Assembly: GCF_030028105.1 (NCBI RefSeq)
Contig: NC_092394.1
Coordinates: forward strand, 30,920,752-30,984,751
Source of the DNA: Mobula birostris
Lineage: Eukaryota
Reading direction: 5' to 3'
DNA length: 64,000 nt
In this document: positions 61,592 to 64,000 of the stretch, piece by piece
Layout of the letters: each line of letters opens with the position of its first letter
How positions within the stretch are numbered: position 1 is the stretch's first letter
Position numbers and translations under genes: made by a program
Notes under the pieces: generated by a model
Told to the model about the DNA's origin: nothing
Database searches by the model: none
What the model saw: only the letters and a program-made list of their open reading frames with translations

Positions 61592-63752
61592 TGTTGGGTA
61601 TTTAATATTTCAGAGATATTTGTGTAATATTGTAAATATATTGTTTGATTAAACATTCTCTGTTGTTTAAATAATTTATTATGGGCTATATGTAAAAGTA
61701 CATGAATGGCACAAGTCATTACGCCACTGCATCATAAGTGCATGTCTCACTAAAGTAAAGAAAGAAAACTAAACCTACATGAGTTATCCCTGGCTCTCCC
61801 ATTTTTTTTGATTAATTTCATGTTTTGGAGTTACAATGCGTAACAGATGTGAGAAGTAAGGTTTAAAGTGAATCCAAGCCGACTACCAACCTGTTGAAGC
61901 ACAGAGAGATTTTCACGTTTCAATAATGTGCAACACGTTTGCATTTTGCAAGGAGTAGAGAAAATGGCTGAGTTTTTAAAAAAAGCAGAAAACGGACAAA
62001 ATTATCAAGTTCACAAACAGTGAGTACCAGGTGATGACAATAATGATAAATTTTTAAAAAGAGCAGAAATGGCTGGCTACATTGGGAAGATTGTTGTGTT
62101 TGAGTGCACAATGGATGAATACAGACCAAATTAAGCAGTACTTTGAAGCAAATAAGATAGCCAATGAAAAGCAAGTGCCAATTTTGCTGAGTGTAATTGG
62201 TGGAAGAACATACGGTTTGCTTAGAAGTATGATTACTCCAACCAAACTAGCCAAACTGACCAATGCTGATAACATGAAAGTAACGCAGGAGCATTTAGAA
62301 CAGAAACTATTGTTGATTGCAGAACGCTTTAGGTTTCGTAATTCCTCCCTGAGCCAATTTGACACATCTGGCAGTAACCTTACTGTTTCTTTCACATTTG
62401 TCAGTTTTATGAGGCTGAGTTGCAAACCCTAAATCCAGCATGAATCCCTAAATCCAAACCCTAAATTCTGCTCAATCCAGCATGAGCAGATCTTGTGCAA
62501 GGAACCCGGGACCTCTCGCTGTGAAGTCTGGTGGGGATGCCAATACACTACCAGCACAGACTTAGGTTTCATAAATGGAATCAAAAGGAAGGGAAGTCCA
62601 TTTCAGCGTATATGACTGAATTGAGGAGACTGAGCATTGCCAGTTCAGTGATGGACTTGGTGATGCACTGAGAGATTGTTTAGTTTGTGGAATCTTGAAA
62701 GAAAGCATTCAAAAATGGCTCCTAATTAAAGAGTAACTCACATTTAAAAGTGCAGTTGAAAGCACTGTATCAATGGAGTTAAAGTCGGGAATGAAAGGAA
62801 GCATGATCAAAATTGCAGCATCAAAACAGAAACATACCTGGCCAAACAAATTCTGTTACCATTGTCGCAAAGGCTCTCATAAAACAGACTAATTCAGGTT
62901 TAAAGGTGAAACTTGCAGAACTGCCATAAATAGGTCACATACAAAGAGTATGTTGGGCAGACAAAAATAAATGGACTGCAAAGGGAAGAGAGAAAGATAA
63001 AAAGTCAAGTTGCAATTCGAAAAAGAACACTAATCTGCAAGCTGTTGTTGAAAAATCTGGTGATGATGATGAGGACTGGACAGCATTGAGATTTATAGTC
63101 TGAAAACTAACAATAGATAAGCAATATGGCTTACACCAGAAGTGAACAGTACATTAATCAAAATGAAATTGGGCACTAGATGGGCTGTTTCAGTCATTCC
63201 AGAAAATGAGTGTGAAAGATGTTTCAAAGAAACTGAACTGAAGCCTGCAGATATCCAACTGGGGAAGAGATAACTCCCGTGGGGATGTCATTTGTAACAG
63301 CAAAATGCAACAACCAATAAGCCCCATTGGGCTTGTATGTGGTTAAAAAAAACAAGAGGGCCAGCATTGTGGGGACATTATTGACTGAGAAAACCATAAC
63401 TTTACTGGAGATCCATCCACCATTTGCATGTCACTCTTACAATAAAATCAACTGAAAGCAAAATAACATACTGGGTGATGCCATCACATTGTTCGAGGAT
63501 GGCATTGGAAAACACAAGCATATCAAGGGTATGTTAAATGAGTGTTGAAGTAGTGTTAAATGAAAGTGCCACACCCAAAGTTTACACGGTCTGTCCAGTT
63601 CCTTATATGATACGTAAGAAATTAGCCAGTGAGCTAGATCACATGGAGGCTGAAGGAATTCTTTCTAAAATTGAGTGGAACCCATGGGTGATGCCGATTG
63701 TCCCAGTAACTAAGAAGAATATATCCATCAAGATCTCTGGTGAATTTAATGT
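61592..63752 (+). mobile_element. Degenerate Mag-like Gypsy (LTR 61592-61845, gag, protease, RT start)
   Basis: TG...CA LTR; gag MAGYIGKI..QYFEANKIANEKQVPILLS; RT ELDHMEAEGILSKIEWNPW; same family as 900-2907. Confidence 0.92.
62342..62561 (-). mobile_element. tRNA-headed SINE inserted in gag
   Basis: TSD TTAGGTTTCGTAA (62329-62341) / TTAGGTTTCATAA (62562-62574); minus head GCTGGTAGTGTATTGGCATC..GGTCCCGGGTTC. Confidence 0.8.
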
Positions 63753-63779
63753 GAGATAATAGGGGAGGAGCTTAGGAGA

Positions 63780-64000
63780 GTCAATGGCGCCTAACGGCGA
63801 CTCCTTTGCTTTCTTCTTTGGAATCAGCTCTATTTCTATCTTTAGTATCTCTATTTTTGCCTTTCCGGGTTCTTTTGAAGACCCTGACCTGGAGTTACAC
63901 GCGTACTGCCCAAAGACCTGAGATCTTTGGGCACAGAGCTTGGAAAAAAACGACGCAATGGACTTTTAACATCATAAGCCAGCGAGTTGTTTGTTATGTC
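63780..64000 (+). mobile_element. 5' part of the non-coding element family (runs off the window)
   Basis: Matches the reverse complement of ~22210-22645 with an internal deletion. Confidence 0.82.

Noticed and set aside
62420-62470. Telomere-like AACCCTAAA repeats
   Set aside because: Three imperfect non-tandem copies inside a SINE; not an interstitial (TTAGGG)n array.
900-63752. The two Mag-like Gypsy copies as ends of one giant element
   Set aside because: They are in opposite orientations, each with its own 5' LTR and gag, and are clearly diverged; independent insertions.

Overview
This is vertebrate nuclear DNA, not prokaryotic. The repeat content (HE1/V-SINE-type SINEs, CR1, Rex1/Babar, RTE, Penelope-like elements, Mag- and sushi-type Ty3/Gypsy, Tc1/pogo and hAT MITEs) points to a cartilaginous fish, probably a ray; that assignment is an inference. 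I find no intact host gene, RNA gene or CRISPR array. Most ORFs in the track are decayed transposon fragments or chance ORFs. The best-supported structure is deep transposon nesting with readable target-site duplications (TSDs), and about ten Penelope-associated minimal hammerhead ribozyme motifs, two of them near-canonical. There is also a 411-bp collapsed Gypsy element that keeps both LTR tips and a 5-bp TSD, a 30-bp minisatellite, and a Pbx/Meis/homeobox-rich candidate enhancer. Several unique islands between the repeats read on the minus strand as stop-riddled exons with RGS-domain-like motifs. They may be a dead RGS22/RGSL1-like gene, but this is low confidence and based on pattern recognition only. 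Coordinates were read by eye, and element ends without a TSD are approximate.
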